Below are positions 12,001 through 27,000 of a stretch of DNA of 64,000 bases, piece after piece (position 1 is the first letter of the stretch; every line of letters begins with the position of its first letter). The position numbers were made by a program, and so were the translations under genes. This stretch comes from Eledone cirrhosa (taxonomy: Eukaryota), in assembly GCA_964016885.1 (NCBI GenBank), contig OZ024744.1, forward strand, positions 18,228,001-18,292,000, given 5' to 3'. Below the pieces are notes generated by a model, which was given only the letters and a program-made list of their open reading frames with translations, had not been told where the DNA came from and ran no database searches.

Positions 12001-15000
12001 GTATGTCTGTGTCACTGTGTATGTCACTGTGTGTTTCTGTATGTCTGTGTCACTGTCTATGTCGCTGTATGTTTCTGAATGTCTGTGTCAATGTGTATGT
12101 CACTGTGTGTTTCTGTATGTCTGTGTCACTGTCTATGTCACTGTATGTTTCTGAATGTATGTGTCACTGTGTATGTCACTCTGTGTTTTTGTATATCTGT
12201 GGCACGGTGTATGTCACTGAATGTTTGTGTGTGTCTGTGTCACTCTGTTTGTCACTGTGTGTTTCTGTATGTCTGTGTAACCGTGTATGTTAGGTATCTT
12301 TGTATATGCCTGTGTCACTGTGTATGTCACTGTGTGTTTCTGTATTTCTGTGTCACTGTGTATGTCACTGTGTGTTTCTGTATGTTTGTGTCACTGTGTA
12401 TGTCACTAAATGTTTGTGTGTGTCTGTGTCTCTGTGTATGTCACTGTGTGTTTGCGTGTGTCTGTGTCACTGTGTATGTCACTGTGTGTTTCTGTATGTC
12501 TGTGTGACTGTGTATGTCACTCTGTGTTTGTGCATGTCTGTGTCACTGTGTGTGTTTCTGTATGTCTGTGTCACTGTGTATGTCATTGTATCTTTGTGTT
12601 TGAATGTGTCACTGTGTATGTCACTGTGTGTTTGTGTATACCTGTGTCACTGTGTATGTTACTGTGAGTTTCTGTATGCCTGTGTCACTGTGTACGTCAC
12701 TGTATATTTCTGTATGTCTGTGTCAGTGTGTATGTCACTGGTTGATTCTGTATGTCTGTGTCACACTGTATATCACTGTATCTTTGTGTAGGTCTGTGTC
12801 ACCGTGTATGTCACTGTATCTTTCTGTATGTCTGTGTCACTGTATATGTCACTGTATCTTTGTGTATGTCTACGTCACTGTGTATGTCACTGTGTGTTTC
12901 TGTATGTCTGTGTCTTTGTGTATGTTACTGTACCTTTGTGTATGTATGTGTCACTGTGTATGTCACTGTGTGTTTCTGTATGTCTGTGTCACTGTGTATG
13001 TCACTGTGTGTTTCTGTATATCTGTGTCTCTGTGTATGTCACTGTATCTTTGTGTATGTCTGTGTCACTGTGTATGTCACTGTAACGTTGTGTATCTCTG
13101 TGTCACTGTGTATGTCACTTATCTTTGTGTATGTCTGTGTCACTGTGTATGTCACTGTGTGTTTCTGTATGTATGTGTCACGGTGTATGTCACTGTATGT
13201 TTGTGTATGTCTGTGTCACTGTGTATGTCACTGTATCTTTGTGTATGTCTGTGTCACTGTGTATGTTACTGTGTGTTTCTGTATGTCTGTGTCACTGTGT
13301 TTGTCTTTGTGTGTTTCTGTATGTCTGTGTCACTGTGTATATCACTGTATGTTTGTGTGTGTCTGTGTCACTGTGTATGTCACTGTATGTCTCTGTATGT
13401 CTGTGTCACTGTCTATGTCACTGTGTGTTTGCCTGTGTATGTGTCACTGTGTATGTCACTGTGTGTTTCTGTATGTATGTGTCACCGTGTATGTCACTGT
13501 ATCTTTGTGTATGCCTGTGTCACTGTGTATGTCACTGTGTGTTTCTGTATGTCGGTGTCACTGTGTATGTCACTGTGTGTTTCTGTATGTTTGTGTCACT
13601 GTGTATGTCATTAAATGTTTGTGTGTGTATGTGTCTCTGTGTATGTCACTGTGTGTTTGCGTATGTCTGTGTCACTCTGTATGTCACTGTATGTTTCTTA
13701 ATGTTTGTGTCACTGTGTATGTCACTGTGTGTTTGCGTGTGTCTGTGTCACTGTGTATGTCACTGTGTGTTTCTGTATGTATGTGTGACTGTGTATGTCA
13801 CTCTGTGTTTGTGTATGTCTGTGTCACTGTGTGTGTTTCTGTATGTCTGTGTCACTGTGTATGTCATTGTATCTTTGTGTATGTATGTGTCACTGTGTAT
13901 GTCACTGTATCATTGTGTATGTATGTGTCATTGTGTATGTCACTGTGTGTTTCTGTATGTTTGTGACACTGTGTATGTCACTGTGTGGTTCTGTATATCT
14001 GTGTCTCTGTGTATGTTACTTTATCTTTGTGTATGTCTGTGTCACTGTGTATGTCACTGTATCTTTGTGTATGTCTGTGTCACGGTGTATATCACTGTAT
14101 GTTTGTGTATGTCTGTGTCACTCTATATGTCACTGTATGTTTCTGTATGTATGTGTCACTGTGTATGTCAATGTGTGTTTCTGTATCTCTGTGTCACGGT
14201 GTATGTCACTGTATGTTTGTGTATGTCTGTGTGACTGTATATGTCACTGTATGTTACAGTATGTCTGTGTCACTGTGTATGTCACTGTGTGTTTCTGTAT
14301 GTCTGTGTCACTGTGTATGTCACTGTATATTTGTGTGTGTCTGTGTCACTGTGTATGTCACTGTGTGTTTCTGTATGTCTGTGTCACTGTCTATGTCACT
14401 GTATGTTTCTGAATGTCTGTGTCACCGTGTATATCACTGTATCTTTATGTATGTCTGTGTCACTGTATATGTCACTGTATCTTTGTATATGTCTACGTCA
14501 CTGTGTATGTCACTGTGTGTTTCTGTATGTCTGTGTCTTTGTGTATGTCACTGTACCTTTCTGTATATCTGTGTCACTGTGTATGTCACTGTGTGTTTCT
14601 GTATGTCTGTGTCACTGTGTATGTCACTGTGTGTTTCTGTATATCTGTGTCTCTGTGTATGTCACTGTAACGTTGTGTATCTGTGTCATTGTGTATGTCA
14701 CTGTATCTTTGTGTATGTCTGTGTCACTGTGTATGTCACTGTGTGTTTCTGTATGTATGTGTCACGGTGTATGTCACTGTATGTTTGTGTATGTCTGTGT
14801 CACTGTGTATGTCATTGTGAGTTTCTGTATGTCTGTGTCACTGTGTATGTCACTGTATCTTTGTGTATGTCTGTGTCACTGTGTATGTCACTGTGTGTTT
14901 CTGTATGTCTGTGTCACTGTGTATGTCACTGTATCTCTCTGTATGTCTGTGTCACTGTCTATGTCGCTGTATGTTTCTGAATGTCTGTGTCACTGTGTAT

Positions 15001-18000
15001 GTCACTGTGTGTTTCTGTATGTCTGTGTCACGGTGTATGTCACTGTATGTTTGTGTGTGTCTATGTCACTGTGTATGTCACTGTGTGTTTCTGTATGTCT
15101 GTGTCACTGTCTATGTCACTGTATGTTTCTGAATGTCTGTGTCACTGTGTATGTCACTGTGTGTTTCTGTATATCTGTGTCACGGTGTATGTCACTGAAT
15201 GTTTGTGTGTGTCTGTGTCACTGTGTATGTCACTGTGTGTTTCTGTATATCTGTGTCACGGTGTATGTCACTGAATGTTTGTGTGTGTCTGTGTCACTGT
15301 GTTTGTCACTGTGTGTTTCTGTATGTCTGTGTCACCGTGTATGTCACGGTATCTTTGTATATGCCTGTGTCACTGTGTATGTCACTGTGTGTTTCTGTAT
15401 TTCTGTGTCACTGTGTATGTCACTGTGTGTTTCTCTATGTTTGTGTCACTGTGTATGTCACTAAATGTTTGTGTGTGTCTGTGTCTCTGTGTATGTCACT
15501 GTGTGTTTGCGTGTGTCTGTGTCACCGTGTATGTCACTGTGTGTTTCTGTATGTCTGTGTCACTGTGTATGTCACCGTGTGTTTGTGTATGTCTGTGTCA
15601 TTGTGTGTGTTTCTGTATGTCTGTGTCACTGTGTATGTCACTGTATCTTTGTGTATGTCTGTGTCACTCCGTATGTCACTGTGTGTTTCTGTATGTCTGT
15701 GTCAATGTGTATGTCACTGTGTGTTTCTGTATGTCTGTGTCACTGTGTATGTCACTGTATATTTGTGTATGTCTGTTTCACTGTGTATGTCACTGTGTGT
15801 TTCTGTATGTCTTTGTCACTCTGTATGTCACTGTATGTTTCTGAATGTTTGTGTCACTGTGTATGTCACTGTGTGTTTGCGTGTGTCTGTGTCACTGTGT
15901 ATGTCACTGTGTGTTTCTGTATGTCTGTGTGACAGTGTATGTCACTCTGTGTTTGTGTATGTCTGTGTCACTGTGTGTGTTTCTGTATGTCTGTGTCACT
16001 GTGTATGTCATTGTATCTTTGTGTATGTATGTGTCACTGTGTATGTCACTGTATCTTTGTGTATGTCTGTGTCATTTTGTATGTCACTGTGTGTTTCTGT
16101 ATGTTTGTGTCACTGTGTATGTCACTGTGTGTTTCTGTATATCTGTGTCTCTGTGTATGTTACTTTATCTTTGTGTATGTCTGTGTCACTGTGTATGTCA
16201 CTGTATCTTTGTGTATGTCTGTGTCACGGTGTATGTCACTGTATCTTTGTGTGTGTCTGTGTCACTCTGTTTGTCACTGTGTGTTTCTGTATGTCTGTGT
16301 AACCGTGTATGTTAGGTATCTTTGTATATGCCTGTGTCACTGTGTATGTCACTGTGTGTTTCTGTATTTCTGTGTCACTGTGTATGTCACTGTGTGTTTC
16401 TGTATGTTTGTGTCACTGTGTATGTCACTAAATGTTTGTGTGTGTCTGTGTCTCTGTGTATGTCACTGTGTGTTTGCGTGTGTCTGTGTCACTGTGTATG
16501 TCACTGTGTGTTTCTGTATGTCTGTGTGACTGTGTATGTCACTCTGTGTTTGTGCATGTCTGTGTCACTGTGTGTGTTTCTGTATGTCTGTGTCACTGTG
16601 TATGTCATTGTATCTTTGTGTTTGAATGTGTCACTGTGTATGTCACTGTGTGTTTGTGTATACCTGTGTCACTGTGTATGTTACTGTGAGTTTCTGTATG
16701 TCTGTGTCACTGTGTACGTCACTGTATATTTCTGTATGTCTGTGTCAGTGTGTATGTCACTGGTTGATTCTGTATGTCTGTGTCACACTGTATATCACTG
16801 TATCTTTGTGTAGGTCTGTGTCACCGTGTATGTCACTGTATCTTTCTGTATGTCTGGGTCACTGTATATGTCACTGTATCTTTGTGTATGTCTACGTCAC
16901 TGTGTATGTCACTGTGTGTTTCTGTATGTCTGTGTCTTGGTGTATGTTACTGTACCTTTGTGTATGTATGTGTCACTGTGTATGTCACTGTGTGTTTCTG
17001 TATGTCTGTGTCACTGTGTATGTCACTGTGTGTTTCTGTATATCTGTGTCTCTGTGTATGTCACTGTATCTTTGTGTATGTCTGTGTCACTGTGTATGTC
17101 ACTGTAACGTTGTGTATCTCTGTGTCACTGTGTATGTCACTTATCTTTGTGTATGTCTGTGTCACTGTGTATGTCACTCTGTGTTTCTGTATGTATGTGT
17201 CACGGTGTATGTCACTGTATGTTTGTGTATGTCTGTGTCACTGTGTATGTCACTGTATCTTTGTGTATGTCTGTGTCACTGTGTATGTTACTGTGTGTTT
17301 CTGTATGTCTGTGTCACTGTGTTTGTCTTTGTGTGTTTCTGTATGTCTGTGTCACTGTGTATATCACTGTATGTTTGTGTGTGTCTGTGTCACTGTGTAT
17401 GTCACTGTATGTCTCTGTATGTCTGTGTCACTGTCTATGTCACTGTGTGTTTGCCTGTGTATGTGTCACTGTGTATGTCACTGTGTGTTTCTGTATGTAT
17501 GTGTCACCGTGTATGTCACTGTATCTTTGTGTATGCCTGTGTCACTGTGTATGTCACTGTGTGTTTCTGTATGTCGGTGTCACTGTGTATGTCACTGTGT
17601 GTTTCTGTATGTTTGTGTCACTGTGTATGTCATTAAATGTTTGTGTGTGTATGTGTCTCTGTGTATGTCACTGTGTGTTTGCGTATGTCTGTGTCACTCT
17701 GTATGTCACTGTATGTTTCTTAATGTTTGTGTCACTGTGTATGTCACTGTGTGTTTGCGTGTGTCTGTGTCACTGTGTATGTCACTGTGTGTTTCTGTAT
17801 GTATGTGTGACTGTGTATGTCACTCTGTGTTTGTGTATGTCTGTGTCACTGTGTGTGTTTCTGTATGTCTGTGTCACTGTGTATGTCATTGTATCTTTGT
17901 GTATGTATGTGTCACTGTGTATGTCACTGTATCATTGTGTATGTATGTGTCATTGTGTATGTCACTGTGTGTTTCTGTATGTTTGTGACACTGTGTATGT

Positions 18001-21000
18001 CACTGTGTGGTTCTGTATATCTGTGTCTCTGTGTATGTTACTTTATCTTTGTGTATGTCTGTGTCACTGTGTATGTCACTGTATCTTTGTGTATGTCTGT
18101 GTCACGGTGTATATCACTGTATGTTTGTGTATGTCTGTGTCACTCTATATGTCACTGTATGTTTCTGTATGTATGTGTCACTGTGTATGTCAATGTGTGT
18201 TTCTGTATCTCTGTGTCACGGTGTATGTCACTGTATGTTTCTGTATGTCTGTGTGACTGTATATGTCACTGTATGTTACAGTATGTCTGTGTCACTGTGT
18301 ATGTCACTGTGTGTTTCTGTATGTCTGTGTCACTGTGTATGTCACTGTATATTTGTGTATGTCTGTGTCACTGTGTATGTCACTGTGTGTTTCTGTATGT
18401 CTGTGTCACTGTCTATGTCACTGTATGTTTCTGAATGTCTGTGTCACCGTGTATATCACTGTATCTTTATGTATGTCTGTGTCACTGTATATGTCACTGT
18501 ACCTTTCTGTATATCTGTGTCACTGTGTATGTCACTGTGTGTTTCTGTATGTCTGTGTCACTGTGTATGTCACTGTGTGTTTCTGTATATCTGTGTCTCT
18601 GTGTATGTCACTGTAACGTTGTGTATCTGTGTCACTGTGTATGTCACTGTATCTTTGTGTATGTCTGTGTCACTGTGTATGTCACTGTGTGTTTCTGTAT
18701 GTATGTGTCACGGTGTATGTCACTGTATGTTTGTGTATGTCTGTGTCACTGTGTATGTCATTGTGAGTTTCTGTATGTCTGTGTCACTGTGTATGTCACT
18801 GTATCTTTGTGTATGTCTGTGTCACTGTGTATGTCACTGTGTGTTTCTGTATGTCTGTGTCACTGTGTATGTCACTGTATCTCTCTGTATGTCTGTGTCA
18901 CTGTCTATGTCGCTGTATGTTTCTGAATGTCTGTGTCACTGTGTATGTCACTGTGTGTTTCTGTATGTCTGTGTCACGGTGTATGTCACTGTATGTTTGT
19001 GTGTGTCTATGTCACTGTGTATGTCACTGTGTGTTTCTGTATGTCTGTGTCACTGTCTATGTCACTGTATGTTTCTGAATGTCTGTGTCACTGTGTATGT
19101 CACTGTGTGTTTCTGTATATCTGTGTCACGGTGTATGTCACTGAATGTTTGTGTGTGTCTGTGTCACTGTGTTTGTCACTGTGTGTTTCTGTATGTCTGT
19201 GTCACCGTGTATGTCACGGTATCTTTGTATATGCCTGTGTCACTGTGTATGTCACTGTGTGTTTCTGTATTTCTGTGTCACTGTGTATGTCACTGTGTGT
19301 TTCTGTATGTTTGTGTCACTGTGTATGTCACTAAATGTTTGTGTGTGTCTGTGTCTCTGTGTATGTCACTGTGTGTTTGCGTGTGTCTGTGTCACCGTGT
19401 ATGTCACTGTGTGTTTCTGTATGTCTGTGTCACTGTGTAAGTCACCGTGTGTTTGTGTATGTCTGTGTCATTGTGTGTGTTTCTGTATGTCTGTGTCACT
19501 GTGTATGTCACTGTATGTTTCTGTATGTATGTGTCACTGTGTATGTCACTGTATCTTTGTGTATGTCTGTGTCACTCCGTATGTCACTGTGTGTTTCTGT
19601 ATGTCTGTGTCAATGTGTATGTCACTGTGTGTTTCTGTATGTCTGTGTCACTGTGTATGTCACTGTATATTTGTGTATGTCTGTTTCACTGTGTATGTCA
19701 CTGTGTGTTTCTGTATGTCTGTGTCACTCTGTATGTCACTGTATGTTTCTGAATGTTTGTGTCACTGTGTATGTCACTGTGTGTTTGCGTGTGTCTGTGT
19801 CACTGTGTATGTCACTGTGTGTTTCTGTATGTCTGTGTGACAGTGTATGTCACTCTGTGTTTGTGTATGTCTGTGTCACTGTGTGTGTTTCTGTATGTCT
19901 GTGTCACTGTGTATGTCATTGTATCTTTGTGTATGTATGTGTCACTGTGTATGTCACTGTATCTTTGTGTATGTCTGTGTCATTTTGTATGTCACTGTGT
20001 GTTTCTGTATGTCTGTGTCACTGTCTATGTCACTGTATGTTTCTGAATGTCTGTGTCACTGTGTATGTCACTGTGTGTTTCTGTATATCTGTGTCACGGT
20101 GTATGTCACTGAATGTTTGTGTGTGTCTGCGTCACTGTGTATGTCACTGTGTGTTTCTGTATGTCTGTGTCTCTGTGTATGTAACTGTATCTTTGTGTAT
20201 GTCGTTGTCACGGTGTATGTCACTAAATGTTTGTGTGTGTCTGTGTATCTGTGTATGTCACTGTGTGTTTGCGTGTGTCTGTGTCACTGTGTATGTCACT
20301 GTGTGTTTCTGTATGTCTGTGTGACTGTGTATGTCACTAGGTGTTTGTGTATGTCTGTGTCACTGCATGTTTCTGAATGTCTGTGTCACTGTGTATGTCA
20401 CTGTGTGTTTCTGTATGTATGTGTCACCGTGTATGTCACTGTATCTTTGTGTATGCCTGTGTCACTGTGTATGTCACTGTGTGTTTCTGTATGTCGGTGT
20501 CACTGTGTATGTCACTGTGTGTTTCTGTATGTTTGTGTCACTGTGTATGTCATTAAATGTTTGTGTGTGTCTGTGTCTCTGTGTATGTCACTGTGTGTTT
20601 GCGTGTGTCTGTGTCACTGTGTATGTCACTGTGTGTTTCTGTATGTCTGTGTGACTGTGTATGTCACTGTGTGTTTGTGTATGTCTGTGTCACTGTGTGT
20701 GTTTCTGTATGTCTGTGTCAATGTGTATGTCACTGTGTGTTTCTGTATGTCTGTGTCACTGTGTATGTCACTGTATGTTTCTGTATGTCTGTTTCACTGT
20801 GTATGTCACTGTGTGTTTCTGTATGTCTGTGTCACTCTGTATGTCACTGTATGTTTCTGAATGTTTGTGTCACTGTGTATGTCCCTGTGTGTTTGCGTGC
20901 GTCTGTGTCACTGTGTATGTCACTGTGTGTTTCTGTATGTCTGTGTGACTGTGTATGTCACTCTGTCTTTGTGTATGTCTGTGTCACTGTGTGTGTTTCT

Positions 21001-24000
21001 GTATGTCTGTGTCACTGTGTATGTCATTGTATCTTTGTGTATGTATGTGTCACTGTGTGTGTCACTGTATCATTGTGTATGTCTGTGTCATTGTGTATGT
21101 CACTGTGTGTTTCTGTATATCTGTGTCTCTGTGTATGTTACTTTATCTTTGTGTATGTCTGTGTCACTGTGTATGTCACTGTATCTTTGTGTATGTCTGT
21201 GTCACGGTGTATATCACTGTATGTTTGTGTATGTCTGTGTCACTCTATATGGCACTGTATGTTTCTGTATGTATGTGTCACTGTGTATGTCAATGTGTGT
21301 TTCTGTATCTCTGTGACACGGTGTATGTCACTGTATGTTTGTGTATGTATGTGTGACTGTGTATGTCACTGTATGTTACATTATGTCTGTGTCACTGTGT
21401 ATGTCACTGTGTGTTTCTGTATGTCTGTGTCACTGTGTATGTCACTGTATATTTGTGTATGTCTGTGTCACTGTGTATGTCACTGTGTGTTTCTGTATGT
21501 CTGTGTCACTGTCTATGTCACTGTATGTTTCTGAATGTCTGTGTCACCGTGTATGTCACTGTATCTTTATGTATGTCTGTGTCACTGTATATGTCACTGT
21601 ATCTTTGTGTATGTCTACGTCACTGTGTATGTCACTGTGTGTTTCTGTATGTCTGTGTCTTTGTGTATGCCACTGTACCTTTGTGTATGTCTGTGTCACT
21701 GTGTATGTCACTGCGTGTTTCTGTATCTCTGTGTCATTGTGTATGTCACTGTGTGTTTCTGTATATCTGTGTCTCTGTGTATGTCACTGTAACGTTGTGT
21801 ATCTCTGTGTCACTGTGTATGTCACTGTATCTTTGTGTATGTCTGTGTCACTGTGTATGTCACTGTATCTTTGTGTATGTCTGCGTCACTGTGTATGTCA
21901 TTGTGAGTTTCTGTATGTCTGTGTCACTGTGTATGTCACTGTATCTTTGTGTATGTCTGTGTCACTGTGTATGTCACTGTATCTCTCTGTATGTCTGTGT
22001 CACTGTCTATGTCACTGTATCTTTGTGTATGTCTGCGTCACTGTGTATGCCACTGTGTGTTTTTGTATGTCTGTGTCTCTGTGTATGTCACTGTATCTTT
22101 GTGTATGTCTGTATCACTGTGTATGTCACTGTGTGTTTCTGTATGTCTGTGTCACTGTGTATGTCACTGTGTGTTTCTGTATGTCTGTGTCACTGTCTAT
22201 GTCGCTGTATGTTTCTGAATGTCTGTGTCACTGTGTATGTCACTGTGTGTTTCTGTATGTCTGTGTCACGGTGTATGTCACTGTATGTTTGTGTGTGTCT
22301 ATGTCACTTTGTATGTCACTGTGTGTTTCTGTATGTCTGTGTCACCGTGTATGTCAATGTATCTTTGTGTATGCCTGTGTCACTGTGTATGTCACTGTGT
22401 GTTTCTGTATGTCTGTGTCACTGTGTATGTCACTGTGTGTTTCTGTATGTCTGTGTCACTGCCTATGTCGCTGTATGTTTCTGAATGTCTGTGTCAATGT
22501 GTATGTCACTGTGTGTTTCTGTATGTCTGTGTCACTGTCTATGTCACTGTATGTTTCTGAATGTATGTGTCACTGTGTATGTCACTCTGTGTTTTTGTAT
22601 ATCTGTGGCACGGTGTATGTCACTGAATGTTTGTGTGTGTCTGTGTCACTCTGTTTGTCACTGTGTGTTTCTGTATGTCTGTGTAACCGTGTATGTTAGG
22701 TATCTTTGTATATGCCTGTGTCACTGTGTATGTCACTGTGTGTTTCTGTATTTCTGTGTCACTGTGTATGTCACTGTGTGTTTCTGTATGTTTGTGTCAC
22801 TGTGTATGTCACTAAATGTTTGTGTGTGTCTGTGTCTCTGTGTATGTCACTGTGTGTTTGCGTGTGTCTGTGTCACTGTGTATGTCACTGTGTGTTTCTG
22901 TATGTCTGTGTGACTGTGTATGTCACTCTGTGTTTGTGCATGTCTGTGTCACTGTGTGTGTTTCTGTATGTCTGTGTCACTGTGTATGTCATTGTATCTT
23001 TGTGTTTGAATGTGTCACTGTGTATGTCACTGTGTGTTTGTGTATACCTGTGTCACTGTGTATGTTACTGTGAGTTTCTGTATGTCTGTGTCACTGTGTA
23101 CGTCACTGTATATTTCTGTATGTCTGTGTCAGTGTGTATGTCACTGGTTGATTCTGTATGTCTGTGTCACACTGTATATCACTGTATCTTTGTGTAGGTC
23201 TGTGTCACCGTGTATGTCACTGTATCTTTCTGTATGTCTGTGTCACTGTATATGTCACTGTATCTTTGTGTATGTCTACGTCACTGTGTATGTCACTGTG
23301 TGTTTCTGTATGTCTGTGTCTTTGTGTATGTTACTGTACCTTTGTGTATGTATGTGTCACTGTGTATGTCACTGTGTGTTTCTGTATGTCTGTGTCACTG
23401 TGTATGTCACTGTGTGTTTCTGTATATCTGTGTCTCTGTGTATGTCACTGTATCTTTGTGTATGTCTGTGTCACTGTGTATGTCACTGTAACGTTGTGTA
23501 TCTCTGTGTCACTGTGTATGTCACTTATCTTTGTGTATATCTGTGTCACTGTGTATGTCACTGTGTGTTTCTGTATGTATGTGTCACGGTGTATGTCACT
23601 GTATGTTTGTGTATGTCTGTGTCACTGTGTATGTCACTGTATCTTTGTGTATGTCTGTGTCACTGTGTATGTTACTGTGTGTTTCTGTATGTCTGTGTCA
23701 CTGTGTTTGTCTTTGTGTGTTTCTGTATGTCTGTGTCACTGTGTATATCACTGTATGTTTGTGTGTGTCTGTGTCACTGTGTATGTCACTGTATGTCTCT
23801 GTATGTCTGTGTCACTGTCTATGTCACTGTGTGTTTGCCTGTGTATGTGTCACTGTGTATGTCACTGTGTGTTTCTGTATGTATGTGTCACCGTGTATGT
23901 CACTGTATCTTTGTGTATGCCTGTGTCACTGTGTATGTCACTGTGTGTTTCTGTATGTCGGTGTCACTGTGTATGTCACTGTGTGTTTCTGTATGTTTGT

Positions 24001-27000
24001 GTCACTGTGTATGTCATTAAATGTTTGTGTGTGTATGTGTCTCTGTGTATGTCACTGTGTGTTTGCGTATGTCTGTGTCACTCTGTATGTCACTGTATGT
24101 TTCTTAATGTTTGTGTCACTGTGTATGTCACTGTGTGTTTGCGTGTGTCTGTGTCACTGTGTATGTCACTGTGTGTTTCTGTATGTATGTGTGACTGTGT
24201 ATGTCACTCTGTGTTTGTGTATGTCTGTGTCACTGTGTGTGTTTCTGTATGTCTGTGTCACTGTGTATGTCATTGTATCTTTGTGTATGTATGTGTCACT
24301 GTGTATGTCACTGTATCATTGTGTATGTATGTGTCATTGTGTATGTCACTGTGTGTTTCTGTATGTTTGTGACACTGTGTATGTCACTGTGTGGTTCTGT
24401 ATATCTGTGTCTCTGTGTATGTTACTTTATCTTTGTGTATGTCTGTGTCACTGTGTATGTCACTGTATCTTTGTGTATGTCTGTGTCACGGTGTATATCA
24501 CTGTATGTTTGTGTATGTCTGTGTCACTCTATATGTCACTGTATGTTTCTGTATGTATGTGTCACTGTGTATGTCAATGTGTGTTTCTGTATCTCTGTGT
24601 CACGGTGTATGTCACTGTATGTTTCTGTATGTCTGTGTGACTGTATATGTCACTGTATGTTACAGTATGTCTGTGTCACTGTGTATGTCACTGTGTGTTT
24701 CTGTATGTCTGTGTCACTGTGTATGTCACTGTATATTTGTGTATGTCTGTGTCACTGTGTATGTCACTGTGTGTTTCTGTATGTCTGTGTCACTGTCTAT
24801 GTCACTGTATGTTTCTGAATGTCTGTGTCACCGTGTATATCACTGTATCTTTATGTATGTCTGTGTCTCTGTATATGTCACTGTATCTTTGTATATGTCT
24901 ACGTCACTGTGTATGTCACTGTGTGTTTCTGTATGTCTGTGTCTTTGTGTATGTCACTGTACCTTTCTGTATATCTGTGTCACTGTGTATGTCACTGTGT
25001 GTTTCTGTATGTCTGTGTCACTGTGTATGTCACTGTGTGTTTCTGTATATCTGTGTCTCTGTGTATGTCACTGTAACGTTGTGTATCTGTGTCACTGTGT
25101 ATGTCACTGTATCTTTGTGTATGTCTGTGTCACTGTGTATGTCACTGTGTGTTTCTGTATGTATGTGTCACGGTGTATGTCACTGTATGTTTGTGTATGT
25201 CTGTGTCACTGTGTATGTCATTGTGAGTTTCTGTATGTCTGTGTCACTGTGTATGTCACTGTATCTTTGTGTATGTCTGTGTCACTGTGTATGTCACTGT
25301 GTGTTTCTGTATGTCTGTGTCACTGTGTATGTCACTGTATCTCTCTGTATGTCTGTGTCACTGTCTATGTCGCTGTATGTTTCTGAATGTCTGTGTCACT
25401 GTGTATGTCACTGTGTGTTTCTGTATGTCTGTGTCACGGTGTATGTCACTGTATGTTTGTGTGTGTCTATGTCACTGTGTATGTCACTGTGTGTTTCTGT
25501 ATGTCTGTGTCACTGTCTATGTCACTGTATGTTTCTGAATGTCTGTGTCACTGTGTATGTCACTGTGTGTTTCTGTATATCTGTGTCACGGTGTATGTCA
25601 CTGAATGTTTGTGTGTGTCTGTGTCACTGTGTATGTCACTGTGTGTTTCTGTATATCTGTGTCACGGTGTATGTCACTGAATGTTTGTGTGTGTCTGTGT
25701 CACTGTGTTTGTCACTGTGTGTTTCTGTATGTCTGTGTCACCGTGTATGTCACGGTATCTTTGTATATGCCTGTGTCACTGTGTATGTCACTGTGTGTTT
25801 CTGTATTTCTGTGTCACTGTGTATGTCACTGTGTGTTTCTGTATGTTTGTGTCACTGTGTATGTCACTAAATGTTTGTGTGTGTCTGTGTCTCTGTGTAT
25901 GTCACTGTGTGTTTGCGTGTGTCTGTGTCACCGTGTATGTCACTGTGTGTTTCTGTATGTCTGTGTCACTGTGTATGTCACCGTGTGTTTGTGTATGTCT
26001 GTGTCATTGTGTGTGTTTCTGTATGTCTGTGTCACTGTGTATGTCACTGTATGTTTCTGTATGTATGTGTCACTGTGTATGTCACTGTATCTTTGTGTAT
26101 GTCTGTGTCACTCCGTATGTCACTGTGTGTTTCTGTATGTCTGTGTCAATGTGTATGTCACTGTGTGTTTCTGTATGTCTGTGTCACTGTGTATGTCACT
26201 GTATATTTGTGTATGTCTGTTTCACTGTGTATGTCACTGTGTGTTTCTGTATGTCTGTGTCACTCTGTATGTCACTGTATGTTTCTGAATGTTTGTGTCA
26301 CTGTGTATGTCACTGTGTGTTTGCGTGTGTCTGTGTCACTGTGTATGTCACTGTGTGTTTCTGTATGTCTGTGTGACAGTGTATGTCACTCTGTGTTTGT
26401 GTATGTCTGTGTCACTGTGTGTGTTTCTGTATGTCTGTGTCACTGTGTATGTCATTGTATCTTTGTGTATGTATGTGTCACTGTGTATGTCACTGTATCT
26501 TTGTGTATGTCTGTGTCATTTTGTATGTCACTGTGTGTTTCTGTATGTCTGTGTCACTGTCTATGTCACTGTATGTTTCTGAATGTCTGTGTCACTGTGT
26601 ATGTCACTGTGTGTTTATGTATATCTGTGTCACGGTGTATGTCACTGAATGTTTGTGTGTGTCTGCGTCACTGTGTATGTCACTGTGTGTTTCTGTATGT
26701 CTGAGTCTCTGTGTATGTAACTGTATCTTTGTGTATGTCGTTGTCACGGTGTATGTCACTAAATGTTTGTGTGTGTCTGTGTATCTGTGTATGTCACTGT
26801 GTGTTTGCGTGTGTCTGTGTCACTGTGTATGTCACTGTGTGTTTCTGTATGTCTGTGTGACTGTGTATGTCACTAGGTGTTTGTGTATGTCTGTGTCACT
26901 GCATGTTTCTGAATGTCTGTGTCACTGTGTATGTCACTGTGTGTTTCTGTATGTATGTGTCACCGTGTATGTCACTGTATCTTTGTGTATGCCTGTGTCA

